From Octopus vulgaris (lineage: Eukaryota), in contig OX597827.1 in the NCBI GenBank assembly GCA_951406725.2, forward strand, positions 41,726,001 to 41,790,000: a DNA stretch of 64,000 nucleotides. Direction: 5' to 3'. Positions 13,266 through 28,191 of this stretch are shown here, piece after piece. The first letter of the stretch is position 1. Every line of letters begins with the position of its first letter. The notes under the pieces were generated by a model that ran no database searches, was not told the origin of the DNA, and was given only the letters and a program-made list of their open reading frames with translations. The position numbers and the translations under genes are program-made.

Positions 13266-14098
13266 TCTATATACTATTAAAAGTCAGATTGAATCTTGCT
13301 TGCTTGCAATGTTACTCAGCCAAACTGGCACATAATGGGAAAATACTATGAATTAAGTTACCCTGAAATGTTAATACGAACGGAATGAAAAAGTTACGCG
13401 TAAATCGGTGAAGTGGTTTTCAGGGGTATAAATACCCAAAAACGGTGCATCATGGGAAAATGTTCCGAAAATAATCATCATCCTGAAAGGGAAGAAACTC
13501 TTATCTTTCTATTAGGCAATGATTTGGTAACGAAAAAATACGATTTTCTGTTTTCGATTTTGTTAAAATAAATGTTTCTGTTTTCGCTTTTGTTAAAAGC
13601 AATATTTTAATCATTTAAAAATATTTTAAAGTGAATGTGATTTAAAAACTGTAAGTTGCTTGTACAGTGAGTATTTTTTATTTTAGCTTTCTTTAAACAG
13701 ACAATATTTTAATGTCTTTTTAAAGTATTTTCAATTGAATACCATTAAAAAAAGTTTTGACATATTTAAAAATATTCTAGAGTGAAAATGACTTTAAAAA
13801 TACTGTAAATATTTCGTAAAAGACCCGTTCGTAATCATGTGTGAAACAGTTTATCAATAGGTATTTTTCGAGTGCATTCAACGTATCTCTAGCACGCCTT
13901 GCTACCACGTAACAGGTATATGCGATAAAGGACCCGAAATACCTGTTACGTGGTAGCAGGGTGTGCAAGAAATAGCAGCTAAATCTTCCCTTTCCTGGGG
14001 AAAAAAGCCGCTTACGCGTGATTTCGATGTCACATTCATTGAAAGCATGTACAATAACATGGAAAAGAAAAAAAACGGGTTACGGGTAGTCTAGACTA

Positions 14099-14099
<1 letters not shown>
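13266..14099 (+). mobile_element. Non-autonomous Helitron-like element
   Basis: Starts A|TCTATATACTATTAAAA and ends acgggtagtctagaCTAG|T. Contains an AAATCGGTGAAG motif. Confidence 0.68.
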
Positions 14100-14161
<62 letters not shown>

Positions 14162-14164
<3 letters not shown>

Positions 14165-14455
14165 AGGCACATGACCTAGTGGTTTGAGCAGCGGATTGGC
14201 GGTCGAGGGACCGCGGGTTCGAATCTTAGACCGAGCGATGTGTGTGTTTATGAGCGAAACACCTAAGCCCCACGCGGCTCCGGCAGAAGGTAATGGCGAA
14301 CTTCTGCTGACTCTTTCGCCACAATTTTCTCTCACTCTTTCCTCCTGCATCTTGCAGCTCACCTGCGACGAACCGGCGTCCCGTCCAGGTGGGGAACCTA
14401 TACGCCAAGGAAACCGGGAAACCGGCCCTTATGAGCCAGGCATGGCTCGAGAAGG

Positions 14456-14458
<3 letters not shown>
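14162..14458 (+). mobile_element. SINE family C variant
   Basis: Same head and body as 3875 with a variant tail running into (CA)n. Confidence 0.82.
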
Positions 14459-14537
<79 letters not shown>

Positions 14538-14564
14538 CACATACATACACACACACACACACAT

Positions 14565-14935
14565 AGCGTGGCTGTGTGTTAAGAAGCTTACTTCCAAACC
14601 ACAAGGTTCTAGGTTGAGTCCCACTGCGTGGCATCTTGGCCAATTCTGTTCTACTATAGCCTCGAGCCGGCCAATGTCTTATGACTAGATTTGGTAAACG
14701 AAAATATATATATTTATGTGTGTGTCTTTGTGTCTACGTTTGTCTCACCACTATCCCTTGACAACTGATGTTGGTTTGTCTACGTCCCCGTAACTTAGCG
14801 GTTCAGTAAAAGACTCCGATGAAATAAATACCAGGCTTATAAAGAATAAGCCCTGGCGTCGATTTCCTCGACTCAAAAAAACCCTTTCAAAACGGTGCTT
14901 TAGCATGACCGCAGCCAAATCAGTAAAACAAGAAA
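14565..14935 (+). mobile_element. SINE family B
   Basis: Diverged collinear match to 2908-3325. Confidence 0.82.
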
Positions 14936-15245
14936 AATAAAAGTATATATACATACATACACTCTCACATACATACATACATACATACATACATACATAC
15001 ATACATACATACATACATACATACATACATACATACATACATACATACATACATACATACACACACACATATATACATAAATACATCCATCCATACATAC
15101 ATACATACACACATACACACATACATACATACATACATACATACATACATACATACATACATACATACACACATACATACATACACACATACATACATAC
15201 ATACATGCACACATACATACATACATACATACATACATACATACA

Positions 15246-15279
<34 letters not shown>

Positions 15280-15384
15280 CATACGCATACATGTTTCCTC
15301 TGGCACAAACAGTCGCATACACGCATACATATATGTATATTTACATAGATACATGCAGATATAGATTCATACACATTTGTATAT

Positions 15385-15442
<58 letters not shown>

Positions 15443-15706
15443 CTGTGCGAATGTCTTAGTACTGTACAAACAAGTTTTAAATCCACAATAAGCCTTTTGT
15501 TTTGGAGATATTTCTGGCTGGCAACAAAGCATTCTTTGCTCATTGTTCCAATATATTTGACCACATACAATTGCGCATGTGCATATGTATGTACGTGTGT
15601 GCATGTGTATGCATGTATGTGAATGTGTATGTATGTATGTATGTATGTATGTATGTATGTATGTATGTATGTATGTGCGTTCACACGTATTTGTATGTTA
15701 CACACA

Positions 15707-15764
<58 letters not shown>

Positions 15765-15993
15765 CGTGTGTGTGTGTATGTATGCGTGTGTGTGTATATG
15801 TGTGTATGTATTAATATTTGTTTCATGTCAAGTTTTATATAAAAGCAGTATAACATTAAACTGAGGGATTACTCAATATTTTTTTAGTAGAGAACATATT
15901 AACATTTACTAGAAAAGGTTGACAGTAACTTCGAAGTTCCGACTTGCTTGCCTTCACCAGACTGTCTTTCATTTAGTTTAATTATTTTGGGTT

Positions 15994-16080
<87 letters not shown>

Positions 16081-16164
16081 CTGTGATACACGATCCCTAT
16101 TGATCGGCTTTTTTCCCCTTTTTATCATGATCCCTTTTGACGGAATTTCTACCCTACTTTCTTT

Positions 16165-16735
16165 TTTCTCTTCCCAAAAATCAACGGAACACCCGGCTCG
16201 TGAAATTAAGGTGCAAGTGGCTGAGCACTCCACAGACACATTTACTCCTAACTTTAAGGCGGCGAAATGCTTTGTGGTATTTCGTCCGCCGCTACGTTCT
16301 GAGTTCAAAGAAAAAGCCGAGGTCGACTTTGTCTTTCATCCTATCGGGGTTGATAAATTAAGTACCAAATTAAGTACCAGTTACGCACGGGGGTCGATGT
16401 AATCGACTTAATCCGTTTGTCTGTCCTTGTTTGTCCCCTCTATATTTAGCCCCTTGTGGGCAATAAAGAAGTAAGACACGTTTACTCTTAACGTAGTTCT
16501 CGGGGAGATTCAGCATGACACAGAGTGTGACAAGGTTGGCCCTTTGAATAACAAGTACAACAGAAACAGGAAGAAAGAGTGAGAGAAAGTTGTGGTGAAA
16601 GAGTACAGCAGGGTTCACCACCACCCACTGCCGGAGCCTCGTGGAGCTTTTAGCGCTTTCGATCAATAAACACTTACAACGCCCGGTCTGGGAATCGAAA
16701 CCGCGATCCTAACCATTGGGCCATTGCGTCACCAC
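16165..16735 (-). mobile_element. SINE family C variant with alternative tail, interrupted by a family A SINE (16257-16475, +)
   Basis: Head and body match 3875. The tail (ggcccttt / gtggctgagcactcc.cagacac) is shared with 26130-26195. Confidence 0.78.
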
Positions 16736-17038
16736 CAACCAGATTTTGTATATAGTTTGATACGTGAAAAACCTGAACGTTTCTATCAAGAAGAATCTGA
16801 AGAAATTACTCTAGGATTATATTTTTAGATTTATACCTGTGATTAACGGTTATGTAACTAACAGCCATATTATCGATCTTTGATCTTGTAAAAACGAGCA
16901 TTACTAAAGAGGGAAGGACAAAGCTAATTATGGATTTACAATTGTAAGCCTTTAATAAATGTGAGAAAACATTTAAAGTCTTCCTCCCTCTTCCTACGAC
17001 CGCGAGTCCGCTGCCCTTACCACTGGGCCATTGCGCCT

Positions 17039-17135
<97 letters not shown>

Positions 17136-17214
17136 TATATATGTAGACACACACGCACCACACACACATAGACATACGTATATATATATGTGTTTGTGTA
17201 TATATATATGTATA

Positions 17215-17297
<83 letters not shown>

Positions 17298-18289
17298 GTT
17301 TGTGTGTGTGTATTTATATAGGCGTAGGAGTGGCTGTATGGTAAGTAGCTTGCTTACGAACCATATGGTTCTGGGTTCAGTTGCACTGCGTGGCACCTTG
17401 GGCACATACATACACATATAAGCATACATACAGACATATATATAAACAGATATACATTTATAGTTATAAGCGTATATACATACATACATAGTTATAAACA
17501 TACGTACACAGCTGTAAACGTATATACATACATACATGCATACATACATACCTACCTACATACATACATAAATACACACATATATAAACATACATACAGA
17601 TATATATAAACATGCATACACAGCTATAAGCTTATATACATACATGCATACATTCATACACACACACACACGATCACACACACACTCATAAATACATTCA
17701 TATATAAGCGTATATACAGTACAAAGCCACAAAGGATATAGTTAATTAAGAAATTACAATTACAAGACAATTATGGAATTGTGAAAATATGCAAAGAATC
17801 CCAATTGTTTAGCAGGAAATCAATTCCTATAGAGATGTGTAGACATAGAAATATCTGCGTATATACAGATCTTTACATAAAACGAAACAGACATGCTTCC
17901 ATACTTACAAACATGCGCAGATACACGGATATATACATTCATGCATATCGTACATGCATGCTTGCATAAATATGTATATAAATGTATGTGTCTACAGTTA
18001 TGTATGTATATATGCATGCATGCATGTATGTATGTATGTATGTATGTATGTATGTATGTATGTATGTATGCATGTATGTATGTATGTATGTATGAATGTA
18101 TGTACGTGCATAGGTATGTCTGCATATATGTGTGTTTATAGCTATGTATGTATATATGTATGTATGTACGTGCGTACGTATGTCTGCATATATGTGTGTT
18201 TATAGCTATGTATGTATGTACGTATGTATGCGTGTGTGTGTATGTATGTATGTATGTATGTATGTACGTGCGTACGTATGTCTGCATAT

Positions 18290-18388
18290 ATGTGTTTATA
18301 GCTATGTATGTATGTATGTATGTATGTATGTATGTATGTATGTATGTGTGTGTGTGTCTGACTGCCTGCCTCTCTCTGTCTGTCTGTC

Positions 18389-18477
<89 letters not shown>

Positions 18478-18795
18478 CACACACATACACACATACATAC
18501 ACACACGCACATGCACATGTACATACATAAATTTACGCATATATTTATACATGTTGATGTCAAAATTCCAACCTTGACTCATTGTTAAAATGCATCTCTC
18601 TCCGTATTGGTTAGAAACTTGGACACTAGATCACGGCCATACATAACATATTCATAGAAGCGCGCATACATCAAAATGCATGGATATATACATACACACA
18701 TATATGCCCACATACATACATAAATACATAGATGCATACAGATATACATTCAGGCATACACGAATCCATCCATTTATACATACATTCATACTTTC

Positions 18796-18859
<64 letters not shown>

Positions 18860-19362
18860 TCTTTACTCTTTTACTTGTTTCAGTTATTTGACTGTGGCCA
18901 TGCTGGAGCATCGCCTTTAGTCGAGCAAATCGACCCCAGGACTTATTCTTTGTAAGCCTAGTACTTATTCTATCGGTAACTTTTGCCGAACCGCTAGATT
19001 ACGGTGACGTAAACACACCAGCGTCAGTTGCCAAACGATGTTGAGGGGACAAACACAGACACACAAACACTCACATATATATATATACATATACATATAC
19101 ATATATACGACGAGTTTCTTTCAGTTTCCGTCTACCAAATCCACTCACAAGGCTTTGGTCGGCCCGAAGCTATAGTAGAAGACACTTGCCCATACGAAGA
19201 TACATGCATACATACATGAGAGATACATAATTACATACATTCATAATGCGTTATGTATCTAACATGTATGTGTGCATGCATGTGTATATGAACTCGTATG
19301 TGTATGTATTTACGCATGTATGAATGTTTATATTTATGTATGTATGTATGCATTTATGAACG

Positions 19363-19414
<52 letters not shown>

Positions 19415-19830
19415 CATATGAAAGTATGGACGTATGGATAGATGGATGGATGCATGTATGCCTGAATGTATATCTGTATGCATCTATGTATTTATGTATG
19501 TATGCGTATATGTATGTGTTCATGTATGTGTGTCTGTATATATCTATGCATTTTGATATATGCGCGGTTCTATGAATATATTATGTATGCCCGTGATTTA
19601 GTGTCCAAGTTTCTAACCAATACGGAGAGAGATGCATTTTAACAAAGAGACAAGGTTGGAATTTTGACATCAACATGTGTAAATATATGCGTATATTTAT
19701 GTATGTACAAGTACTTGTGCACATGCGGGTGTGTATGTATGTGTATGCGTGTAGATAGATAGATAAACACAGACCTGTAGACTGACACGCATACATACAT
19801 ACACACATACTTACATAGCTATAAACATAT
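18290..19830. repeat. Large imperfect inverted duplication (fold-back)
   Basis: Unique block 18520-18800 (gttgatgtcaaaattccaaccttg...ccgtattggttagaaacttggacacta) is inverted at 19395-19705. Confidence 0.9.
18857..19190 (-). mobile_element. SINE family B (5'-truncated) inside a long fold-back
   Basis: Reverse complement match to 5175-5545. Confidence 0.85.
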
Positions 19831-19868
19831 ATACATACATAAATACATACATATATAAATACATACAA

Positions 19869-19901
<33 letters not shown>

Positions 19902-20159
19902 CATAGTTTTACACATATATACGTCCATACTTACATGACAAACTCAGTTGATGTTTTCTAAATTCCAAGGAAAATCTCCGGTTCCTGACTTGGAAACCGG
20001 ATCTTACTCCATTGGTGAGAAATTCCTTAAAGTAAACCAGAATAACAGAATATATAGTATAATAAATTCAGGATAAATCTGTTTCCGCTGATTATTGAAT
20101 ATCTGGATACGGATTTTCTAAGAGCTTAATTGGAAACAATAGATAAATAAATAAAGTAG

Positions 20160-20288
20160 GCACTGGCGTGGTAAGAAGCTTGCTTCCAAACTACACTTGC
20201 GTGGCACTTTGGGTAAGTGCCTTCTACTATAACCTCAAGCCGACCTTGTGAGTGGATTTGATAGTGGGAAAGTGAAAGAAGCCCCTCT

Positions 20289-20363
<75 letters not shown>

Positions 20364-20640
20364 CTGTATGTGTGTGTATGTGCGTGTGTGAGTGAGTAAG
20401 TTTGTGTGTGTGTCTTTGTGTCTATGTTTGTCCCCCATCACCGCTTGACACCCGGACTTGGTATGCTTATGTTTACATCCCCGTAACTTAACAGTTTGAC
20501 GAAGGGGACTGACAGAATACGTACCAGGCTTTAGAGTAAAAATAAGTACCAGGGTAGATTCGTCCGACAAAAAAAAAAAAATCAAGGTGGTGCTCCAGTG
20601 TGGCCCTACTCTCATGATTGAAGCACGTAAAAGATAAAAG
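20160..20640 (+). mobile_element. SINE family B, diverged
   Basis: gtggtaagaagcttgcttcc...gtgagtggatttg...ccgcttgaca...ataagtacc. Confidence 0.75.
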
Positions 20641-20944
20641 ATGGAAGGAAAAAACAATGAACGCAGAATCTTGATGGATCGGAGAAAAGGATTTGCCGTA
20701 TAGTGTGGGTTCCGTCGCATTGGTTCCCAAGTTCAAACCCTACCGAAGTCAACACTACCTTTTAACCTCTCGGTATGGATAATCTAGGTATCAGTTAAGC
20801 ACTTGGGTCGATGTAATCGATTTGCTCCCTAACCCCTAATAAAAAGCTAGCATCGTGTCAAAATTTGCAGACATAAAATCCCAAGCTGGTAGAATCATTA
20901 GCCTGTTGAACAACATGCTTTACACAGTTCTACATTTAAGAGAT

Positions 20945-21106
20945 GAGAAATTATGTACATTATTTACATTATTTACATTCGATGGATATTTGTCCTCATC
21001 TTGTTTGTTGTTAACACAACGTATCGGCTGATATACCCTCCAGCCTTCTTCAGGTGTCTTGGGGAAATTTCGAACCTGGGTTCTCATTCCTAAGGTATTT
21101 TTCGAT
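20945..21106 (-). mobile_element. Inverted 3' part of the family D element, containing a hammerhead-like motif
   Basis: On the minus strand it continues from the 25-nt overlap ATCGAAAAATACCTTAGGAATGAGA. Confidence 0.72.
21013..21058 (-). ncRNA. Minimal type I hammerhead ribozyme-like motif (core mutated GAAA->GAUA)
   Basis: GACAC-CTGAAGA-A-GGCTG(gagggtatat)CAGCC-GATAC-GTT-GTGTT: stem I, core, 5-bp stem II and a loopless stem III. Confidence 0.6.
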
Positions 21107-21123
21107 ACCTTAGGTTAAACCCC

Positions 21124-21229
21124 CGAGCATATGGCGTAGTGGTTAAGAGCGCGGGCTACTGACCCCAAGATTCCGAGTTCGATTCCTAAGTAGTGACCTG
21201 AACAATAATAATAATAATAATAATAATAG

Positions 21230-21305
<76 letters not shown>

Positions 21306-21306
21306 A

Positions 21307-21380
<74 letters not shown>

Positions 21381-21418
21381 TAATAATAATAACATCGAAA
21401 AATACCTTAGGAATGAGA
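21124..21418 (+). mobile_element. tRNA-headed SINE-like element (family D), 5' part with internal AAT/ATT microsatellite
   Basis: A box TGGCGTAGTGG (21132-42) and B box GAGTTCGATTC (21175-85). Its last 25 nt are the reverse complement of 21082-21106. Confidence 0.8.
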
Positions 21419-21929
21419 TAAACTTTCGGGGTCGATAAACGTTGACTTTCATGTCTGTCTCTGATTATCTTCCTTGAAAGCACGCTCGTGGTTTCCACGT
21501 TAGTTATGGCGGCGTTGCTGATTCCAAAGTTTTATTTTCGTTTCTCTCTTATTAATTTTACTCGCGTCTCTATCTTAGTAGAAACTGATGGAGAAAAAAT
21601 TTAAACTACATAAACAAACGGCAGCAAAACCGTTCAGAAATTAAATAACGCTAACATATTCAGTAACAACAATAAATTTAATTTATCTTCGACAATATTT
21701 AGTTTGACCAATTTTGGATATATCGCTCCTGTTTAAAACCTCTTACCTACTTGACAATTGCATTTCTAGCTCTGCCTTGAAGGAAGCTTTACTGGTTAGG
21801 CTCACGTTTTTGTGAGCAAGGACCTTGTTAAACCTCCGTTAACAACACTGTATGCAGGTCCTTTCCGTTTTCTTTCACGCACGGATAAATTTTTCACTGT
21901 AGACCTTAATGGTCGTAAAGACACTATAT

Positions 21930-22650
21930 CAGTGGATAGACTTAGTTTATCTATCCCGAAAGAATGAAAGGCAAAGTTGATCTTGGCGGAATTTGAACTC
22001 AGAACGTAATGACTAACGAAATGCTACCCGGCGTGCTAACGATTCTGCCAGTACGCCACCTTAATAATGATGATGATAACAACAACAGCAGCCACAACAA
22101 TAATAATGGTAATAATAATAACACCAACAGCAACAGTAGAGAAAATAGCAATGGAAAAGAAAAAAATGTATCCAAGACAGAAGCAAGCAAATATTGATGT
22201 AGTAGCATCGCGTAATGAAAATCGACACAAGATGTATTAATCTTATTTTTAATTTTTTACTACCCACAAGGGGCTAAACATAGAGTGGACAAACAAGGAC
22301 AGAGAAAGGGGTTAAGTCGATTACATCGTCCCCAGTGCGTAACTGGTACTTAATTTATCGACCTCGAAAGGATGAAAGGCAAAGTCGACCTCCGGTGGAA
22401 TTTGAACTCAGAACGTAAAGACGGACGAAATACCTATTTCTTTACTACCCACAAGGGGCTAAACACAGAGAGGACAAACAAGGACAGACAAACGGATTAA
22501 GTCGATTATTTTCGACCCCAGTGCGTAACTGGTACTTATTTAATCGACCCCGAAAGGATGAAGGTAAAGTCGACCTCGTCGGAATTTGAACTCAGAATAC
22601 CGCTAAGCATTTCGCCCGGCGTGCTAACGATTCCGCCAGCTCGCCAACTT
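21930..22650 (-). mobile_element. Cluster of family A SINEs including a tandem multimer
   Basis: gaaagg.aaagt.gac.t.g.cggaatttgaactcagaa occurs three times. Confidence 0.85.
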
Positions 22651-23080
22651 CATAATGATGATGGTAACAACAACAACAACAGCCACAACAATAATAATGG
22701 TAATAATAATAACACTAACAGCAACAGCAGAGAAAATAGCAATGGAAAAGAAAAAAAATGTATCTAAGACAGAAGCAAGCGAATATCGATGTAGCAACAT
22801 GGCGTAATGAAAATCGACACAAGATGTATGCCGTGACCTATATCGAAATTATGGGATTACTCCGATGCTGTATAATAGGCATTGTGTGTGTGGGTGTGTG
22901 TGGGTGAGAGTGTGTATGAGGGTAGCTATGCAGAAAGAGACTGGTGCACGAATCGGGCCAATCCCGCATAAATCATGTGGTATTGCTCAAATTTGTAATA
23001 ATCATATGAACATTAATCTATCCACTCGGTAGCACACAAATAATAGACGCACAGACAGACTGGCAGACTGACAGACACGT

Positions 23081-23149
<69 letters not shown>

Positions 23150-23300
23150 CACATATACGCACACATGCACACGCACACACACACATACACAGAGTGGACA
23201 TAGATGCTTGTATATACGCACGCAGCACATCTTGAATATGCGTAAACACATAGTTATACATACAAACGTACTCTTATGCACGGATATCATCACACACACG

Positions 23301-23374
<74 letters not shown>

Positions 23375-23468
23375 AAAACGTTCTTTTCCTATTCTCTGCT
23401 CAAGATTCAAGTGTTTACGTCTATGAAATTACACAAAGACTTAGGAATTCGCGTATTTATATATATAC

Positions 23469-23536
<68 letters not shown>

Positions 23537-23556
23537 GTATATACAAAACAGTCACG

Positions 23557-23588
<32 letters not shown>

Positions 23589-23678
23589 TCATACATATGA
23601 AGATGTGGTTCTGAGTCCGTGTGTAGTTATGTAGAAAGAGACTGGGAGTGCCTGTGTGTATATACATACATACATACA

Positions 23679-23713
<35 letters not shown>

Positions 23714-24466
23714 GTATGTATGTGTGTGTATGCACCTGTGCGGATATAGTTGAGACGCACATATGAATGCTATATTCAAACATACGAACATACACACACA
23801 TGTTCATGTCTCTGTCTCTGTCTCTCCCTCTCTCCCTCTATATATGTGTATATATATGTATATATATATATACAGTGAGAGAGAGAGATGTTTATATACA
23901 TATAATAGGGCAGATTTGGGAGTGTTATAATATAATATGTGACTAATAAATATATCAATAAAACAAGATATTTCTATAACAAAAGTTCCTGGTATTTTTA
24001 TATATCTAAACTTACATACATACGTACACAATAAGACAAATACTCACCGATACACGCATAGACATATACACACATACATGAACACATATATATCATACAT
24101 CGATATTTTTATACATGTATTTGTGCAAACATAAATACATATATATATATATATCTACATACATATATATGTATATATATACATATATGCATTTATGTTT
24201 ATATATATGTTCATACATGCACACACATTTATGTAAGTATGTATATCCACAGTAAATACGCTTACGCACACATATATGAATAAGTAGACATATGTTGGAT
24301 TTTTTCATACATACTAATTGATATATACATATACACACAAATGTTTACGTATGTGTATGTATATACATATACATACATACAACATACATGCACTCATACA
24401 AACATACTTATATGCATATATATATATATACATACATATATATATACACACATATATATATGCATG

Positions 24467-24498
<32 letters not shown>

Positions 24499-24774
24499 TA
24501 TATACATATATATATATATACATATATATATATACATATATATATATACTTATATATACACACATATATATGTAGGTATATCTATATCTCTATCTATCTG
24601 TTAATTTATCTATCTATCTTTCTATCTCTCTATATACATATAAACACATGTATATGCATATAAACACACACACACACACACACACACGCTCATATATACA
24701 CATACACAAATATATATACACATTTAAACACACATATTTATATATATATATATATATAAATATATGCACATATA

Positions 24775-24817
<43 letters not shown>

Positions 24818-25461
24818 CCATCCATGCATACACACACACCCACAGATACTCATATCCATATACTTATATATGTACGTATATGCGTCTGTATTTATGCATA
24901 TATATATTTATATATACATACTATACATATAGTCACGCAATTACGCATATATATATATACACAGAGATATATACATACACATACACCACACGCACCACAC
25001 ACAATGATACGCATAGATATATGATGCCAATCTCCTTTTTATAGGTTTCCAAGTGTACTTTGATCATCCATTGATCAATTTACTTCATAACACACCAACA
25101 GCAACTGTAAAATATCGATATATTTATTATATTGCCAACATATAACATTCTTTCCTCCTGCGCTTACCGCCAACATCATCGTTGCCAACATGGCTGCCAT
25201 CATCTACCGTAACGAAGACTATTACAGCCGCCATCATAACCACACGTAACACACTCATAACACACTCACTTACGCATGCTTAGACAGAAATGTAATGTGT
25301 GTGTGTGTGTGTGTGTGTGTGCTTATATATATATTTATATATATATACATATATATATATACATATATGTATATATCTATCTATCTATATATATATATAT
25401 ATATACATATATTTGTATGTATATATATGTGTGTATATATATATGTGTATATATGTATAAA

Positions 25462-25508
<47 letters not shown>

Positions 25509-25643
25509 GTTATATATATATATATGCATGTATATATAAGTGTATATGTATCTTTATAAATACATATATATGTAAATATATGTATACATATATACATACA
25601 CATACATGTCATGTATATATAAATATATATATATATATATATG

Positions 25644-25680
<37 letters not shown>

Positions 25681-26097
25681 CACACATATATGTATATATG
25701 TACCTATATGTGTGTGTATCCTTGTGTATGTTTATAAACTTGCATGAACGCACCCATCATTCTATCTATAAATGTCTACATATAAGTGTTTTTGCGTGTA
25801 TGTACATATGTGTGTGAATGAGTCTGCCTATATGCTCCTTTGTGTGTGCGAGTGCGTGCGTGCGTGCGTGTGCATGTATGTGCGCACTCCAGTGCGCGTT
25901 GTCTGTGTTTAAAATTTTTTTTCATTCCTTTACTGGTTCAATCAGTGGAGCATGGCCATTTTGGGGCACTGACTTCAGTCTTGTGAATCAATCATATCGC
26001 TCCCTCAATCTGCGATATACGCTCCGTGATGATACATAAAGGGACATCACACGCACAACCACCCACGCACACATACACACATAATATATGCATAAAA

Positions 26098-26321
26098 AAT
26101 GGTACTCCGTCGGTTACAACGACGAGTTTGTGAAATTAACGTGTAAGTGGCTGAGTACTCCGCAGACACGTGGTAAGGCTGGCCTTTTGAAATACACGCA
26201 CTCTTCGTTTTTGCGTGCTAAGAGGACGGGAGCAACGTCAAATAAAATGCCTTGCGCAAGGACACAACGCGCCGCCGGAAATCGAACTGACGAACTTACG
26301 ATCGTGAGCCTAATTCTCTGA

Positions 26322-26325
<4 letters not shown>
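26098..26325 (-). mobile_element. SINE fragment sharing the tail of 16165-16560
   Basis: gtgaaattaa.gtg.aagtggctgag.actcc.cagacac, plus a tRNA-like head remnant at 26270-26325. Confidence 0.6.
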
Positions 26326-26367
<42 letters not shown>

Positions 26368-26825
26368 ACACACCCACAAACACACAACACACAAACACAC
26401 ACACAGACACAAGCACACAAACACACGCACACAAACACACAAACACACACACACAGACACAGACACACACAGACACACAAACACACACACTCACACATAC
26501 ACTCACACATGCACACACACACACACACATATATATATAAATATACACCATGACCGATATCCAAGCTACGGTGGAAAAGGCTAGCCACAGGATTTGGTTA
26601 AAAAGAGACGATGAGCGATGGCCAGAAGGATATTGATCTAGCAAGCGGAACCTCATATCAGGGGGGGGGGGGGGCACATTGGTGCCGTCGAGAGGTAGCC
26701 TCCCCCGCCCAAAGCGGTGCTCATTCTCTCCTGATGAATCCCATACACTTTCTGCCTTTCTACTGCTAGCACTTGCATGTGCAAGTTGTTTGTAAAACAT
26801 CTACACACACACACATTCACACACA

Positions 26826-26874
<49 letters not shown>

Positions 26875-27091
26875 GTCTATACATACTCACTCTCTTGACG
26901 CACGTGTTCTCGTGCACTCTTAGACATTTATTGAAGATAGGCTTCCGCGCAGTGTCTATTTACCAAACTCCGCACGCAAGTGATTGGTGCTCCGCGGAAC
27001 TTTGGCAGAAGTAACTTGCCGCGCATCAGTATCGACCGTGGAAACACATTGTTCCATACACATACATACGTGTGCACACATTCGTGTACAA

Positions 27092-27141
<50 letters not shown>

Positions 27142-27144
27142 CTA

Positions 27145-27216
<72 letters not shown>

Positions 27217-27224
27217 TGTATGTG

Positions 27225-27274
<50 letters not shown>

Positions 27275-27328
27275 TGCATGTATAAATATATATATATATA
27301 AATACATATATATACATAAATACATACA

Positions 27329-27426
<98 letters not shown>

Positions 27427-27427
<1 letters not shown>

Positions 27428-27611
27428 CGTGGCTGTGTGGTAAGAAGTTTGCTCCCAACTTCCAGTTTTCTAGTTCATTCTCACTGCATAGCACCTTTTC
27501 TAGTTCATTCTCACTGCATAGCACCTTCGGCAAGTGTCATCTACTGTAACCTCGAACCGGCCAAACCCTTGTTAGTGGACTTAGTAGAGGGAAACTAAAA
27601 GAAGCCCCGTC

Positions 27612-27651
<40 letters not shown>

Positions 27652-27845
27652 TTATGTGAGTGTGTTTTTGTGTCTGTGTTTGTCCTCCCACCATCGCTTG
27701 ACAACCGATGGTGGTGTCTTTATGCTCCCGAAACTTAGCAGTTCGGCAAAAGATACAACGAATAAGTCCTGGGGTCGATTTGTTCGACTAAAGGAGGTGT
27801 TCCAGCATGACCGCAGGCAAATGATTGAAACAAATTAAAGAACAT
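27427..27845 (+). mobile_element. SINE family B with an internal ~30-bp tandem duplication
   Basis: Collinear match; tttctagttcattctcactgcatagcacct occurs twice (~27467-27526). Confidence 0.8.
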
Positions 27846-27964
27846 ATATATATATATATATATATGCATACATATATATATACACAAACACGCACACAAA
27901 CACACAAACGCACACACAAACACACACACACAAACAGATACACAGATGCACAAACACACACACT

Positions 27965-28002
<38 letters not shown>

Positions 28003-28003
<1 letters not shown>

Positions 28004-28191
28004 CACGTAAAAAGCACCCACTACACTCACGGAGTGGTTGGCGTTAGGAAGGGCATCCAGCCGTAGAAACACAGCCAGATTTGACTGGGCCTGATGAAGC
28101 CTTCCAGCTTCACAGACCCCAGTTGAACCGTCCAACCCATGCTAGCATGGAGAACGGACGCTAAGTGATGATGATGATGATGATGATGATG

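Noticed and set aside
21124-21200. Functional tRNA gene (also the heads of SINE families A, B and C)
   Set aside because: A/B boxes are present but there is no complete cloverleaf acceptor stem, and the heads continue into repeat bodies.
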